From a virus, in IMG/VR virus record IMGVR_UViG_3300025132_000021, positions 1 to 64,000 of that record: a stretch of DNA of 64,000 bases. The stretch is one strand, 5' to 3'. A program made the position numbers and the translations under genes. Positions within the stretch are counted from its first letter, which is position 1; each line of letters opens with the position of its first letter. The notes beneath the pieces are model-generated. The model was not told the origin of the DNA and did no database searches. It saw only the letters and a program-made list of their open reading frames with translations. This document shows positions 17,630 through 27,205 of this stretch, one piece after another.

Positions 17630-17633
17630 TAGC

Positions 17634-17837
17634 ATGAGTTTTTACACAAATCCAATAGTTTTCACGGCATTAGCGATTACTTCTTATGGATTTTATCGTT
17701 CAATTAAAATTGGGCTTGCTACTGCTATGGATAAATCAGTAAGTGATAGAGAGTATTGGTTATCTATGCTTCCCGGATATGCTTTAGTTGCCTTTGGTAT
17801 TGGAATCATGGCTTCAATGTATCCTTTTAAGAATTAA
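17634..17837 (+). CDS. Small two-TM membrane protein
   Basis: Two hydrophobic helices. Confidence 0.55.
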   Translation: MSFYTNPIVFTALAITSYGFYRSIKIGLATAMDKSVSDREYWLSMLPGYALVAFGIGIMASMYPFKN

Positions 17838-17853
17838 ACATAGTTGTGATTGA

Positions 17854-18225
17854 ATGTATGATATTTTAGTAGCCAATAATGCTGCCATGGTTGATTACCG
17901 AGGTGACCTTGCACTTACTTTAATGAATATCATGTATGATTATCACGGCAACCGACTTTACAAAAACATTTTTTCAACTAATGACGGTATGCTAAAAGAC
18001 CAAAGTTGGTTAGAAAAATCCCTATTACAAATCCGCTACATTGTTGGTAGCATTGATGGTATGAACGGCATTGGAAGTTTGGATGAATCCGAGTTTATTA
18101 GAAAAGTGATGAGGGAGGGTCTTGATACATTTAACACCATTTTAGTAGTTGAACCTCACGCTTACGAAGATTATGTAAATAACGATTATGTAAAGTATTT
18201 CAAAGACATAATTATCATTAGTTGA
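17854..18225 (+). CDS. Hypothetical protein
   Basis: 123-aa ORF. Confidence 0.55.
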   Translation: MYDILVANNAAMVDYRGDLALTLMNIMYDYHGNRLYKNIFSTNDGMLKDQSWLEKSLLQIRYIVGSIDGMNGIGSLDESEFIRKVMREGLDTFNTILVVEPHAYEDYVNNDYVKYFKDIIIIS

Positions 18226-18226
18226 A

Positions 18227-18703
18227 TTAAACATAGTCTTCAAACGGAAGTGTTGTGTTAAGTTTATACGAAACCACAGTATCTTTACTACGACTAATTA
18301 CCCCTCTTTTAACATACAAATTACAGCAAGCAGATACGCTGGCCGTTGAACACCTGTAAGGAGTAGTTTGTTCAATCCAAACAGATATTTCTCGTGCAGA
18401 ACTTTCACCTAAAATCCTAAGACCTTTGAGAATGTTATATTTAACTTTACTTTTTCTTCCAAACAATCTACCACTTTTTTTCTGACAATCCTTGCTACAC
18501 ATCCAAGCGTATTTCCAATTAGACACTCCATCAATACACATAGTATTGCCGCAGATTAAACACGCCACATCAATTTTACCGTTAGCAGGTTTTATACCCT
18601 TAGCAATCTCATAACAATAACGAGAACATTGTTCCTTAAGAAAGGTAGTTCTTGCACCTTCACGGTTGTAATAACCATCACCACAAACACTACAATTGGG
18701 CAT
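18227..18703 (-). CDS. Cys-rich (CxxC/CSxxC) Zn-binding protein with C-terminal winged HTH
   Basis: CSVC..CSRYC..CLIC..CSKDC plus wHTH; start 18703 is 30 nt after TTTATATC; paralogue of 21077-21547. Confidence 0.7.
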   Translation of the reverse strand: MPNCSVCGDGYYNREGARTTFLKEQCSRYCYEIAKGIKPANGKIDVACLICGNTMCIDGVSNWKYAWMCSKDCQKKSGRLFGRKSKVKYNILKGLRILGESSAREISVWIEQTTPYRCSTASVSACCNLYVKRGVISRSKDTVVSYKLNTTLPFEDYV

Positions 18704-18761
18704 AACCCATATACAACGAATCACTGATATAAAATCTTACATTTATTTAACTTACCAAAAC

Positions 18762-18769
18762 TTTATATG
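18762..18769 (+). promoter_or_regulatory. TATA box for ncRNA
   Basis: TTTATATG 30 nt before 5' hairpin at 18792. Confidence 0.6.
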
Positions 18770-18791
18770 AGTCATTCGTCTTAGGAGAATT

Positions 18792-18997
18792 GTTGGCGGG
18801 GATACCTGCCAATGGAGATGGCTGAATGTCCCTTCGTGGGGGATAAGGCACTGCTCTCGTAGGAACACGATTCCTGCCGTGGACGGCCAAGTGGCATAGA
18901 AGCGAGCCTGTAAATGGGCGGTTAGTAGGTTGGAGTCGTGAACGCAACGGAAACTGCGACGGCTGCATGGAGGTATGTCCAAGTCCTCCTCTCACCC
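18792..18997 (+). ncRNA. tRNA-like structured RNA of about 205 nt with expanded arms
   Basis: GC-rich island; GAGA-TGGCTGA..TAAGGCA D-arm-like, CTGCT/AGTAG stem, GGAGG/CCTCC T-stem followed by TCTCACC; then a T-rich tract. Confidence 0.65.
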
Positions 18998-19032
18998 TTT
19001 ACTTCATATAGGTGCTACTCTTTAGTAGTAGT

Positions 19033-19248
19033 ATGGACTCATTTTGGATAGCACAAATGCAACAGTATGCCAGTAGATATGCACAATTCGTAGAAATCTT
19101 AACTACTAAGGTTCACATGACTACTGAAGATATTTTACCACTTTGGCTTCATCTTAATGAACTTGTTTGTGATTGCGAAGGATGTCGTGAAGAAACAGAT
19201 TGCATAATTCATATTGATTTTGATTTTGATGATGAAGACGAGGATTGA
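19033..19248 (+). CDS. Small acidic Cys-containing protein
   Basis: CDCEGC..C..H; upstream of DP1. Confidence 0.5.
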   Translation: MDSFWIAQMQQYASRYAQFVEILTTKVHMTTEDILPLWLHLNELVCDCEGCREETDCIIHIDFDFDDEDED

Positions 19249-19253
19249 TTACT

Positions 19254-20588
19254 ATGCGAGAAATTAGAGGTTGGAATCCCACCCGCATTCACGAGGAACT
19301 CAAATTAGAGCCTCGTCAAATTGCTGATGCGTGGTCTGCCAAAGCCTCGGATTATGCTTATGAACTTTCCACAGGTGTTTCCGTTGGTGAAACCGACCAA
19401 ACAGGAAAGATGGAAGATATTATCAATTTATTTCAGAATCGTTTAGAGGTTATTGAAAAGATTCTCAAGAATGAACATGGATTTCATAAGTTTGGAGACA
19501 TTCGTGAAGTAGACCGCAACCGAAGAAAGTTTATTCGCCATCAAGTAGCCGTAATTGGTATTGTAACTGATATTAGGCGAAGCCGAAGCGGAGGTCGTAT
19601 CGTAGAATTAGAAGACCGCACAGGCACAATGACAATTTTTATTCGCAAAGATGACCCCGCAGCAGGCACATTAGTTAATGATGATGTTATCGGAGTAGTT
19701 GGTAATTTTGCAGACAAAGGAGATATGTTCTTTGCTAATCGGGTTCAATATCCCGAAGTATTGCCCACACATCAAAATCGTGGAGGTTTAGATTTTGACC
19801 CAGTATCAGTGGCTTTTGCTTCCGACATCCACATGGGTTCTAAAAAGTTTCTGGAAAAAGATTGGGACAAGATGATGAAATGGATGAACTCAACTGATGA
19901 AACAGCCCAGAATATCAAATACTTTGTTTTATCAGGAGATGTAGTAGATGGAGTAGGCGTTTATCCCGGACACGATAGAAACTTGTCTATGAATGATGTT
20001 TATGACCAATACGAGTATTGCGCTCGCAAATTAGATGAATTGCCAGACCACATCACACCAGTAATCCTTCCGGGAAATCACGATGCTGTCCGACCTGCTG
20101 AACCCCAACCTATGCTTGAACCACTAATTCAACAAAGGTTTAATTCCACAGTTCACACAGGCAATCCTGCTCGCATCTATCTAAATCATGGTCAAGAATC
20201 AGACCCATTTGAAATACTAAGTTATCACGGCAAAGGCATTGACGACATGGTTCCAAGAATGGCTCATGTGACTTATGAAGCCCCAGCCGAAGCCATGAAA
20301 GAAATGATGAAGAAACGACATTTGGCTCCAATGTGGGGTGAACGCAACGCTCTAAGTCCCGAAGTAGAAGACCAAATGATTATTCGTGATGCACCAGATT
20401 TATTCGTTACAGGTCATACCCATGCTCATCAAGTTGAGTGGTATCGTGGCACACCCTTAGTAGTATCATCTACTTTCCAAGGCGAAACAGATTTCATGCA
20501 AATGCTGGGTTATCAGCCCAAGAAATCTTTGCTTTCAGTGTATAATTTACAGTCCCGAAGTAGCCGAGTTATCTCTTTTGAGTCCTAA
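19254..20588 (+). CDS. polD1: DNA polymerase D small subunit DP1 (OB fold plus calcineurin-like 3'-5' exonuclease)
   Basis: SDIHMGSKKF, GDVVDGVGVYPG, PGNHDAVRPAEPQP, YHGKGIDD, RHLAP.WG, TGHTH, TFQGETDF. Confidence 0.95.
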   Translation: MREIRGWNPTRIHEELKLEPRQIADAWSAKASDYAYELSTGVSVGETDQTGKMEDIINLFQNRLEVIEKILKNEHGFHKFGDIREVDRNRRKFIRHQVAVIGIVTDIRRSRSGGRIVELEDRTGTMTIFIRKDDPAAGTLVNDDVIGVVGNFADKGDMFFANRVQYPEVLPTHQNRGGLDFDPVSVAFASDIHMGSKKFLEKDWDKMMKWMNSTDETAQNIKYFVLSGDVVDGVGVYPGHDRNLSMNDVYDQYEYCARKLDELPDHITPVILPGNHDAVRPAEPQPMLEPLIQQRFNSTVHTGNPARIYLNHGQESDPFEILSYHGKGIDDMVPRMAHVTYEAPAEAMKEMMKKRHLAPMWGERNALSPEVEDQMIIRDAPDLFVTGHTHAHQVEWYRGTPLVVSSTFQGETDFMQMLGYQPKKSLLSVYNLQSRSSRVISFES

Positions 20589-20671
20589 AAACGGCCTACC
20601 GAGAGACAACCTTTAAGTAGTAGCAACATAGATTACCCTTATTCCGAGTCATAGACGAGGAGGAAAGTGCC

Positions 20672-20857
20672 ATGAGTTTAACCCTAATCCAATACACCGA
20701 GTTTGATAATTTGATGCAAAATCTTAATTGGAATCAACCCAACCCATGCTGGCTTAGTTCACAGGCTTGCGCCTTTGAACATCTCCGCCGCATTGGTATT
20801 ACTAAACTTCCAATTCTCAACCGACGCTTGAAATGGTTAAAAGAAAATCAAGCATAG
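20672..20857 (+). CDS. Small hypothetical protein
   Basis: TTTAAGTAG promoter plus GAGGAGG SD. Confidence 0.55.
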   Translation: MSLTLIQYTEFDNLMQNLNWNQPNPCWLSSQACAFEHLRRIGITKLPILNRRLKWLKENQA

Positions 20858-20888
20858 TTTTATATCACTCCTACATGATATGTAGAAT

Positions 20889-21077
20889 ATGACTGTGGCA
20901 CTTAGATGTTTTAAGTGTGCAGAATGGGTTTATCGTCCCAAAAAGGGATTGGCTAAATGTCCTTGTAAATCCTTGACAATGTTTTCATCTCAAAAAGTAT
21001 CTGGACTTTATTCCGAGTTTTGGAATGAAGATACTGAAAAACACATTGTTTATGATGAACCCAGAGGCGTTGAATAA
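20889..21077 (+). CDS. Small zinc-ribbon protein
   Basis: CFKC...CPC; TTTATATC box 30 nt upstream. Confidence 0.6.
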   Translation: MTVALRCFKCAEWVYRPKKGLAKCPCKSLTMFSSQKVSGLYSEFWNEDTEKHIVYDEPRGVE

Positions 21078-21547
21078 TGATTAAAGTTTGCTCTTGTGGC
21101 TCAACTATTAAACGACCCCTTCACGACGACAAGTATTGTTCCCGATATTGTCGCACATGGTATGGAGAAAAAGGAAATACTTCATTACCTGCTACCCGAA
21201 AGAGTGCTTTAGAGGTTAAATGTGCATGGTGTGGAACACATCACGAAATCACCTTTGGACAAAGATACGATAAAGTTTATTGTTCCTTTGAGTGTTCTAC
21301 TGAAGCCCAAGCCCGTGATAACTGGCTTTGGTTCAATTACTGTCGTGTGTTATCACACCACCCTGCGGGATTAACAGCCCCCGCAATTGCTCGTTATCTT
21401 GATGAGTATGCCTTTAATCAAACACCGAACAAAGTTTCCAGCAAAATGCGAAAGTTAGTTCGCTTGGGCATCGTTGCCAAAGAAGACCGACTTTATCGGT
21501 TGCTTCACCCACAAGCCTGTGGTAAGGTGTGGTTATCATGTCTTTGA
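21077..21547 (+). CDS. Cys-rich Zn-binding protein with C-terminal winged HTH
   Basis: CSC..CSRYC..CAWC..CSFEC; LTAPAIARYL..MRKLVRLGIV. Confidence 0.7.
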   Translation: MIKVCSCGSTIKRPLHDDKYCSRYCRTWYGEKGNTSLPATRKSALEVKCAWCGTHHEITFGQRYDKVYCSFECSTEAQARDNWLWFNYCRVLSHHPAGLTAPAIARYLDEYAFNQTPNKVSSKMRKLVRLGIVAKEDRLYRLLHPQACGKVWLSCL

Positions 21548-21744
21548 AAAGTGTAATCCGACCTTGGTTTGGGTTGTTAGCCTTACAACCCTTAATTTTA
21601 ATTTGGTGTGCCTTGTATGGAATGTCCTACTGGGAAAATATGGGTCCATTTAGTTTAATCACTACTGCTTACCTTATGCCTGTTTATCATTACTATGAAA
21701 AATGGTATCCCAAATCTTTAAGTATCAAAGATGATTTATCTTAA
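21538..21744 (+). CDS. Small membrane protein
   Basis: Two hydrophobic segments. Confidence 0.5.
   Translation: MSLKSVIRPWFGLLALQPLILIWCALYGMSYWENMGPFSLITTAYLMPVYHYYEKWYPKSLSIKDDLS
21717..21727 (+). promoter_or_regulatory. TTTAAGTATCA promoter box
   Basis: 30 nt before ATG 21747. Confidence 0.8.
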
Positions 21745-21746
21745 GT

Positions 21747-23291
21747 ATGGCAGGATTTATCGTCAGCAATTCGTTTGGCAGATTCAATGCTAAAAAGAAA
21801 GTTTTCAATGCTACAATCACAGACATACCCGGAGTCCCCACCACAGTTCCATTTAAGCAGATAGTTCAAGGATTACCTCAAGACACAAACGGATATGCAG
21901 GCAATAATGGTTGGGCTTACAAAAAGCAGTTGGGTAAAAATAGTGGTGAAAGCACAAATGGCAGTGGCCGATTAACACAAGCCCAAGCCGACAAGTATTT
22001 CCAGTGGTCTGGTGGTAGTCCTACTAATGAAAATACCATGAATCTTTACGCTGGTGATGCTTACCATTTTAGACCAGCCCCCGGAACAATTGCTAAGTTC
22101 CAGTTCAAATATGTCACCAACAAGGGCAGTTCAAATCAATACCCTTATGATTATGTAGTTAATATCAAAAAATCAGGATTAAGCATTCCGAGCGCAGCAA
22201 CTTCCGCATCATATCCTTCAATTACCAATTACACAAGGGTAGATACCACATCAAGTGCTTCAGGCTATGTTAAGTTCACAGTAGAGTTTGATGGAGATGA
22301 TTCCAGCAATTACTTTTCTATTGATATGGGAGACCCCCAAGTAGGCGGTATTGCTGCGTGCAAGTTTTACACTCCTGACGGATTCTTTACCAGAGACCAA
22401 TACCCTTCTGATAAAGACATTGACCGAGTAGAGATTCATCTTTGGAGTATCAAAAAGAAACCTGTTTCTGGTTGCACAGACCCACAAGCCGACAATCACA
22501 ATGTTAATGCAACGGTTAGCGATAACAGTTGTTCATACACGACCGCAACGATTAGCACATTTAGCACATCACCAACCACAATTACTCAAGGAGGAAGTTC
22601 TACAATTACTTGGACTCTATCTGATGGAAACTTTTCTGAAGTTAAACTTTTAGAAAATGGAACTAACATCATGCCTACCAATAAAAAGCAGGCTCAATCA
22701 TCATCACTTGTAGTTAGCCCTGCAACTGTTGGAAACAACACTTATCAATTACAAGTAGATTGGACTAAGCCAAATACTGAAACAAGAAATAGTGCGGTGC
22801 AAACAATAAATGTGAATGCACCAACTTCTTATATCCCATGCACTGACCCGAACAGAGACACCGATGGTAATGGAGAATGTGCAAGTTGTAAATCAGGATA
22901 TTATCTTGGTTCAGATGGTCTTTGCACCCAATGTTCTGACCCAAACCGAGAATATGATACTGACGGTCGCTGTGGTGATTGTGTTTCTGGATATGCTTTG
23001 GGAACAAACGGACTTTGCCAAAAGTCAGGATGTATGGATGAAGACGATGCCAATTATGACCCAGATGCAGTAATTGATGATTCATCTGCTTGCTATGGCG
23101 ACGATGATGACGATGACGGAACTGACGGAACTGGCGGAGATGGTGATGATGATGATGATGACGACACTGGAACGACCATCACCACACAAACAACTACAAC
23201 GACCACAACTGAAGAAGAATCTCCGAATCTTTTAGTTCCAATTCTACTTGGCGGTGCAATTCTCGGTGGAGTATTACTATTAAGGAAGTGA
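21747..23291 (+). CDS. Tail-anchored surface protein with Ig-like and Cys-rich repeats
   Basis: GCTDP/GCMD motifs, CxxCxxGY repeats, D/T-rich linker, C-terminal TM LLVPILLGGAILGGVLLLRK. Confidence 0.8.
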   Translation: MAGFIVSNSFGRFNAKKKVFNATITDIPGVPTTVPFKQIVQGLPQDTNGYAGNNGWAYKKQLGKNSGESTNGSGRLTQAQADKYFQWSGGSPTNENTMNLYAGDAYHFRPAPGTIAKFQFKYVTNKGSSNQYPYDYVVNIKKSGLSIPSAATSASYPSITNYTRVDTTSSASGYVKFTVEFDGDDSSNYFSIDMGDPQVGGIAACKFYTPDGFFTRDQYPSDKDIDRVEIHLWSIKKKPVSGCTDPQADNHNVNATVSDNSCSYTTATISTFSTSPTTITQGGSSTITWTLSDGNFSEVKLLENGTNIMPTNKKQAQSSSLVVSPATVGNNTYQLQVDWTKPNTETRNSAVQTINVNAPTSYIPCTDPNRDTDGNGECASCKSGYYLGSDGLCTQCSDPNREYDTDGRCGDCVSGYALGTNGLCQKSGCMDEDDANYDPDAVIDDSSACYGDDDDDDGTDGTGGDGDDDDDDDTGTTITTQTTTTTTTEEESPNLLVPILLGGAILGGVLLLRK

Positions 23292-23295
23292 AATT

Positions 23296-23538
23296 ATGGC
23301 AGTTATTAGCGAAGCACAAAATTACCAAGATTATATGATTCCTCACACATGGGCAACTGAAGAAGAAACCCAACCTCAAATCACACCTGAAGCACAAAAC
23401 ATTGATGGTTTAGTAGTTGAACCCACTAAGCCTACGGTCATGGAAATGATTACTAAGATTGCATTTTCACCCATTGGATTAACTGTTCTTGGATTAGTCG
23501 GACTTGGATTAGTCGTATCAGGCTTCAAGAAAGAGTAA
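23296..23538 (+). CDS. Small tail-anchored membrane protein
   Basis: C-terminal TM IGLTVLGLVGLGLVVSGFKKE. Confidence 0.7.
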   Translation: MAVISEAQNYQDYMIPHTWATEEETQPQITPEAQNIDGLVVEPTKPTVMEMITKIAFSPIGLTVLGLVGLGLVVSGFKKE

Positions 23539-23570
23539 AGTTAATAACGGTGTTGCATAGTATCCCTGCT

Positions 23571-24104
23571 ATGAACAGATTAGGTAATCTCCGTTGTTAT
23601 CTTGCAGGTCCTATTGATTATGCAGAAGATGACGGAGTTGGATGGCGGAAAGATATGACCGCTTGGCTACAAGAACGAAATGTGCAAGTGCTTGACCCTT
23701 GTGATAAACCCATCAAAGATGTTCGCTACAAAGAAATAGAAGGTGAAAAGGTTCAGATGTTTGAACTCAAAAACACTGGACGCTATTTTGAACTTACGCA
23801 ACGCATGAAAGAGATTGTCCACATGGACTTAAGAATGGTAGATGTTTCTGATTTCGTTATTGTTTATCTTGATATGGATGCCCGACCTTTCGGCACAGTC
23901 CATGAATTGATTCTTTCTCTTAATCAACGCAAACCAACCTTAGTGGTAATTGAAGGAGGTCGTGTCAATGCCAGCAATTGGTTATTCGGTATTATGGATT
24001 ACAACTTTATGTTTGACAACTTTGACGAGTTGCAGGTTTTCTTAGACCAAATTGATAGTGGCAATACCATTGGCGACCTATCTCGTTGGGTTTTCTTTGA
24101 ATAA
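23571..24104 (+). CDS. Nucleoside 2-deoxyribosyltransferase family protein
   Basis: YLAGP...DLRMVDVSDFVI...GTVHE; TTAATAAC box 30 nt upstream. Confidence 0.85.
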   Translation: MNRLGNLRCYLAGPIDYAEDDGVGWRKDMTAWLQERNVQVLDPCDKPIKDVRYKEIEGEKVQMFELKNTGRYFELTQRMKEIVHMDLRMVDVSDFVIVYLDMDARPFGTVHELILSLNQRKPTLVVIEGGRVNASNWLFGIMDYNFMFDNFDELQVFLDQIDSGNTIGDLSRWVFFE

Positions 24105-24106
24105 TC

Positions 24107-24117
24107 TTTAAGTATCA
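24107..24117 (+). promoter_or_regulatory. TTTAAGTATCA promoter box
   Basis: 30 nt before ATG 24137. Confidence 0.8.
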
Positions 24118-24136
24118 GGGTTGCATAAGTAATCCT

Positions 24137-24343
24137 ATGAGAGACCCAATCACAGTTACCAAAGAAGCAGTTGTAGTGGGTGCAAGCCTCTTAGTTGTCG
24201 GTAGTTTATTGATGCTACCCAATTTTTCATGGAAAAATCACCCCGCTTGGCCGTATGTAGGCACATTTATTGCAGGATTCTCAACCCATTGGATTTATGA
24301 AGCCATTGGAGCCAACGAATGGTTTTGTAATCAAATTGTCTAA
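24137..24343 (+). CDS. Small two-TM membrane protein
   Basis: EAVVVG...FIAGFSTHWIYEAIGANEWFC. Confidence 0.7.
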   Translation: MRDPITVTKEAVVVGASLLVVGSLLMLPNFSWKNHPAWPYVGTFIAGFSTHWIYEAIGANEWFCNQIV

Positions 24344-24384
24344 TAAGAGCAATCTTTAAGTAGTCGTGGCACTAACCAAGAGTT

Positions 24385-25212
24385 ATGGGCTGGACAGTCG
24401 TAGAACCTTTATCACCGGGTCTATTCCAAATTGACCCCGCTATTTATGATGCTGAAACGCAAGTTTTTGAAGTTGCAGTTCTCGGCCAAACAATTAAGAA
24501 GATTGTTAAAGCCATTCAGGAAAAGATTGGCAAACAAGTTGCCGAAAAGGTTCAAAAGCAAGTTGCTGAAAAAGTTGGTAAAGAAGTTTCCCAAGAAGCA
24601 GCCGACCAAGCCACACAAGAGGTTATGGAAGAAGCCTATGAACAGGCTATGAAAAAGAATAATCCAGATTTCTGGGCTTGGAAAGAAGGTGGAGAAGTAG
24701 GCACAAGACCTGCACTTAAAGTTTCAGGAAATGCTTTAGATAACGCAGTTGCTAAAGAAGCCACAGAATTAGCCAGCCAAAAACTTACTAAAGAATTAGG
24801 AGGAGAAGTTGGCGAAGATGTAATCGGTGAAGTTGGAGAGAAAACGGTTAAAGAAATGACTCCTCAACAATTAGCACTCAAAGATTCCGTAGACCGATTA
24901 GCAGGAAAAGGTGTTTTCGCAGGTGCTTTTGGATTAACTGCATTTGCGATTCTAAGTCCAATTTCCGAGGCATTTGGAGAGGGTTTCAGCGACATTATTG
25001 CAGCCTTAAGTGGAGAAGATTGCGAAGATATTGAAGTAGAAGAAGATAAACAGCGATGTCAAGACCGTGCTGACCAGAAACTTTTACTATTCGGTGCAGG
25101 CAGTTTAACCTTAGTGGGACTACTTGGTGCATTTGTCATCGCTCGTTTAATTCCTAAGAAACAGCCAGAGGAAGAAGAAGAAGAAGAAGAAGAAGAACAA
25201 GCCGAGGAGTAA
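24385..25212 (+). CDS. Membrane protein with C-terminal TM helices and poly-Glu tail
   Basis: TTTAAGTAG at 24355; hydrophobic segments; YDAETQVFE motif near N terminus. Confidence 0.75.
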   Translation: MGWTVVEPLSPGLFQIDPAIYDAETQVFEVAVLGQTIKKIVKAIQEKIGKQVAEKVQKQVAEKVGKEVSQEAADQATQEVMEEAYEQAMKKNNPDFWAWKEGGEVGTRPALKVSGNALDNAVAKEATELASQKLTKELGGEVGEDVIGEVGEKTVKEMTPQQLALKDSVDRLAGKGVFAGAFGLTAFAILSPISEAFGEGFSDIIAALSGEDCEDIEVEEDKQRCQDRADQKLLLFGAGSLTLVGLLGAFVIARLIPKKQPEEEEEEEEEEQAEE

Positions 25213-25214
25213 GT

Positions 25215-26219
25215 ATGGCTGAACTCAAAGGCTGGACTTCAGTAGGAGACAAAGTTTTCGGAACTTATGGTTCTGGAACTACTTCTGATAAAACTAACTT
25301 TGAATCAAAAGTTTTCCTCAAGCGTGCAGGAAAGAATCAAGCATCTAAAAAAGTTTCAGGTTCAGAAGGTGGAACATCTATTGTTTGGCAAGATGCAAAA
25401 CATGATGATGAACTCCATTGGACAGCCAAGACCCTTTGTGATAATGACCCAACAGCAGATAGAGTAAATGTTGTTTTAAGTTATTACGACCCAACCTACC
25501 TCGGTCAATTATCGGACCAAATTATCAAAACTTTGAACGATAGTGAGTTAGAACAAGTAATGGTTGGAGATAGTTCAGTTATTGAAAAGAAATTAGAAAC
25601 TATGTTGGACATCAACCGTGCTTTGAAACAAGTTTATTCAACCACCGTAGTCACTGATAAAGATGGTATCGCAGAAGGCGTTATACCATTACCTGCCGAT
25701 TATCCTTATTCTGAATACACATTAACCATGCACTACGGTTATTCTGGACTCGCAGAAAGAACAGATTCCGATAAAGCATGGGATTTTTGGTTAAATGAAG
25801 TAGGTATTATGGTATTAGAAATAGTTTTAATCATTATTGCTACCGCCCTAACAGGAGGGGCTGCTTTAGCATTTGGAATAGCAGCCACAGTAGTAGGTGT
25901 GGCCGACCTTGCACTTATGGCAAGCCAATATACATCTAATGGATTTGGTGCGATTGATGAAAACAACCGTGGTTGTTTATTCCCAGCAACAGGTTGGAAT
26001 CATAGTTATGCCATAGTTCTAAACGAACCTGTTCCTGAAGAAGAGGGAGGTGGCAACGAAATTAGTAATGAAATCTTTGAGCAAATTAGTGTTCCTGAAG
26101 CCACTCAAGAAAAAGCAAAGCAAATTATGAGTGATTATTCCTTTGCTCAAATTGCTATCGTAGGCTCTGCTACTTTGGCAGCCATTATGCTACTTTTATT
26201 TGGAGGGCGTAAGAAATGA
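25215..26219 (+). CDS. Membrane protein with internal hydrophobic hairpin and C-terminal TM
   Basis: VGIMVLEIVLIIIATALTGGAALAFGIAATVVG; C-terminal IAIVGSATLAAIMLLLFGGRKK. Confidence 0.75.
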   Translation: MAELKGWTSVGDKVFGTYGSGTTSDKTNFESKVFLKRAGKNQASKKVSGSEGGTSIVWQDAKHDDELHWTAKTLCDNDPTADRVNVVLSYYDPTYLGQLSDQIIKTLNDSELEQVMVGDSSVIEKKLETMLDINRALKQVYSTTVVTDKDGIAEGVIPLPADYPYSEYTLTMHYGYSGLAERTDSDKAWDFWLNEVGIMVLEIVLIIIATALTGGAALAFGIAATVVGVADLALMASQYTSNGFGAIDENNRGCLFPATGWNHSYAIVLNEPVPEEEGGGNEISNEIFEQISVPEATQEKAKQIMSDYSFAQIAIVGSATLAAIMLLLFGGRKK

Positions 26220-27205
26220 TGAATAATCCTTTTCAAATGCCTTTGCTTAATTCCAAGGCTCAAAAGTTTATTGCTGAAGAAACTTTACCGGGTTTCAATA
26301 ATAAAATTGAATTATTAGAAGATAAAACCAAAGAGCGAGACCCTAAGAAACTTTGTGGTTCTAAACACGCAGTTTGGGTCGGGATTGAGCCACCAGCCAA
26401 GCCTAACAAGATTATTCCATTTAAGAACAACATTGTGATAGCATTTTGGGCTAACGATACCTCTGGAGGCGGTATTCTTGACCCGGGTGCAGTTATTGGA
26501 GGCATTACAACTTTAGTCACTGACCCTGAAGAATACAAAGACACTATTGATGCAGGATTACAAGCAGTTTGGGAAAGAGATAATGACTCTTTCGGTGATT
26601 ACGCTGAAGCATGGGGCTATACTATTCTTTACAAAGGAATTGGTGAACCATTTAGCAATACATCAAAGGCTGTGAATGCAGGTTGGGATTATGTTTCAGA
26701 TTGCGACGAGCGTTGGTATTGTGCCGAAAGTTATGAAACAGACACAGATTTCCTCGGTTTTGATTATCACAACAAAGTGGCTAATGCACATACAATTTCT
26801 ATCAAGATTACCAATGAATACGAAGGTGTGCTACGCACAGTTCACGACACCACTTTAGCAGGAACAACAGAAGTTTATGGTTCAGCCCAAAACCCGATGC
26901 CAGCCCTTGCTTATTTCACAATTGATTCTCCCGGTGTTTGGAGAGTCAGAGTCAAATCTAAAGCATCAGGTTCTTGTGCAGACCCACGATTAGACATTAA
27001 CGAAAGATTTACTGTTCCCACTCCAACTGGCTGGGGACAAACCGACTCTCCTGCGGAGAGTCAGATTACACCCGCCGCACCTGTGGAAATTACCACTCAA
27101 ACCAGCACCGTAGAAGTCGCTGAAAAAACTGGCACGACTCCTTTAGTTTTATTAGGTGCGACAATCGGTGTAGGCGGATTGTTAGCCTATGCTTTGCTTA
27201 GGTAG
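26216..27205 (+). CDS. Tail-anchored membrane protein
   Basis: C-terminal TM LVLLGATIGVGGLLAYALLR. Confidence 0.75.
   Translation: MMNNPFQMPLLNSKAQKFIAEETLPGFNNKIELLEDKTKERDPKKLCGSKHAVWVGIEPPAKPNKIIPFKNNIVIAFWANDTSGGGILDPGAVIGGITTLVTDPEEYKDTIDAGLQAVWERDNDSFGDYAEAWGYTILYKGIGEPFSNTSKAVNAGWDYVSDCDERWYCAESYETDTDFLGFDYHNKVANAHTISIKITNEYEGVLRTVHDTTLAGTTEVYGSAQNPMPALAYFTIDSPGVWRVRVKSKASGSCADPRLDINERFTVPTPTGWGQTDSPAESQITPAAPVEITTQTSTVEVAEKTGTTPLVLLGATIGVGGLLAYALLR

Noticed and set aside
18747-18995. Minus-strand ORFs of 76-82 aa
   Set aside because: Atypical composition; the region is better explained by a plus-strand structured RNA with its own TATA box.
18812-18997. Canonical tRNA gene call
   Set aside because: Only 4 acceptor pairs, an 11-nt T-loop and no definable anticodon loop; reported as a tRNA-like ncRNA instead.
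25168-25197. (GAA)n microsatellite as a phase-variation site
   Set aside because: In-frame triplet coding a poly-Glu tail; slippage would not shift the frame.
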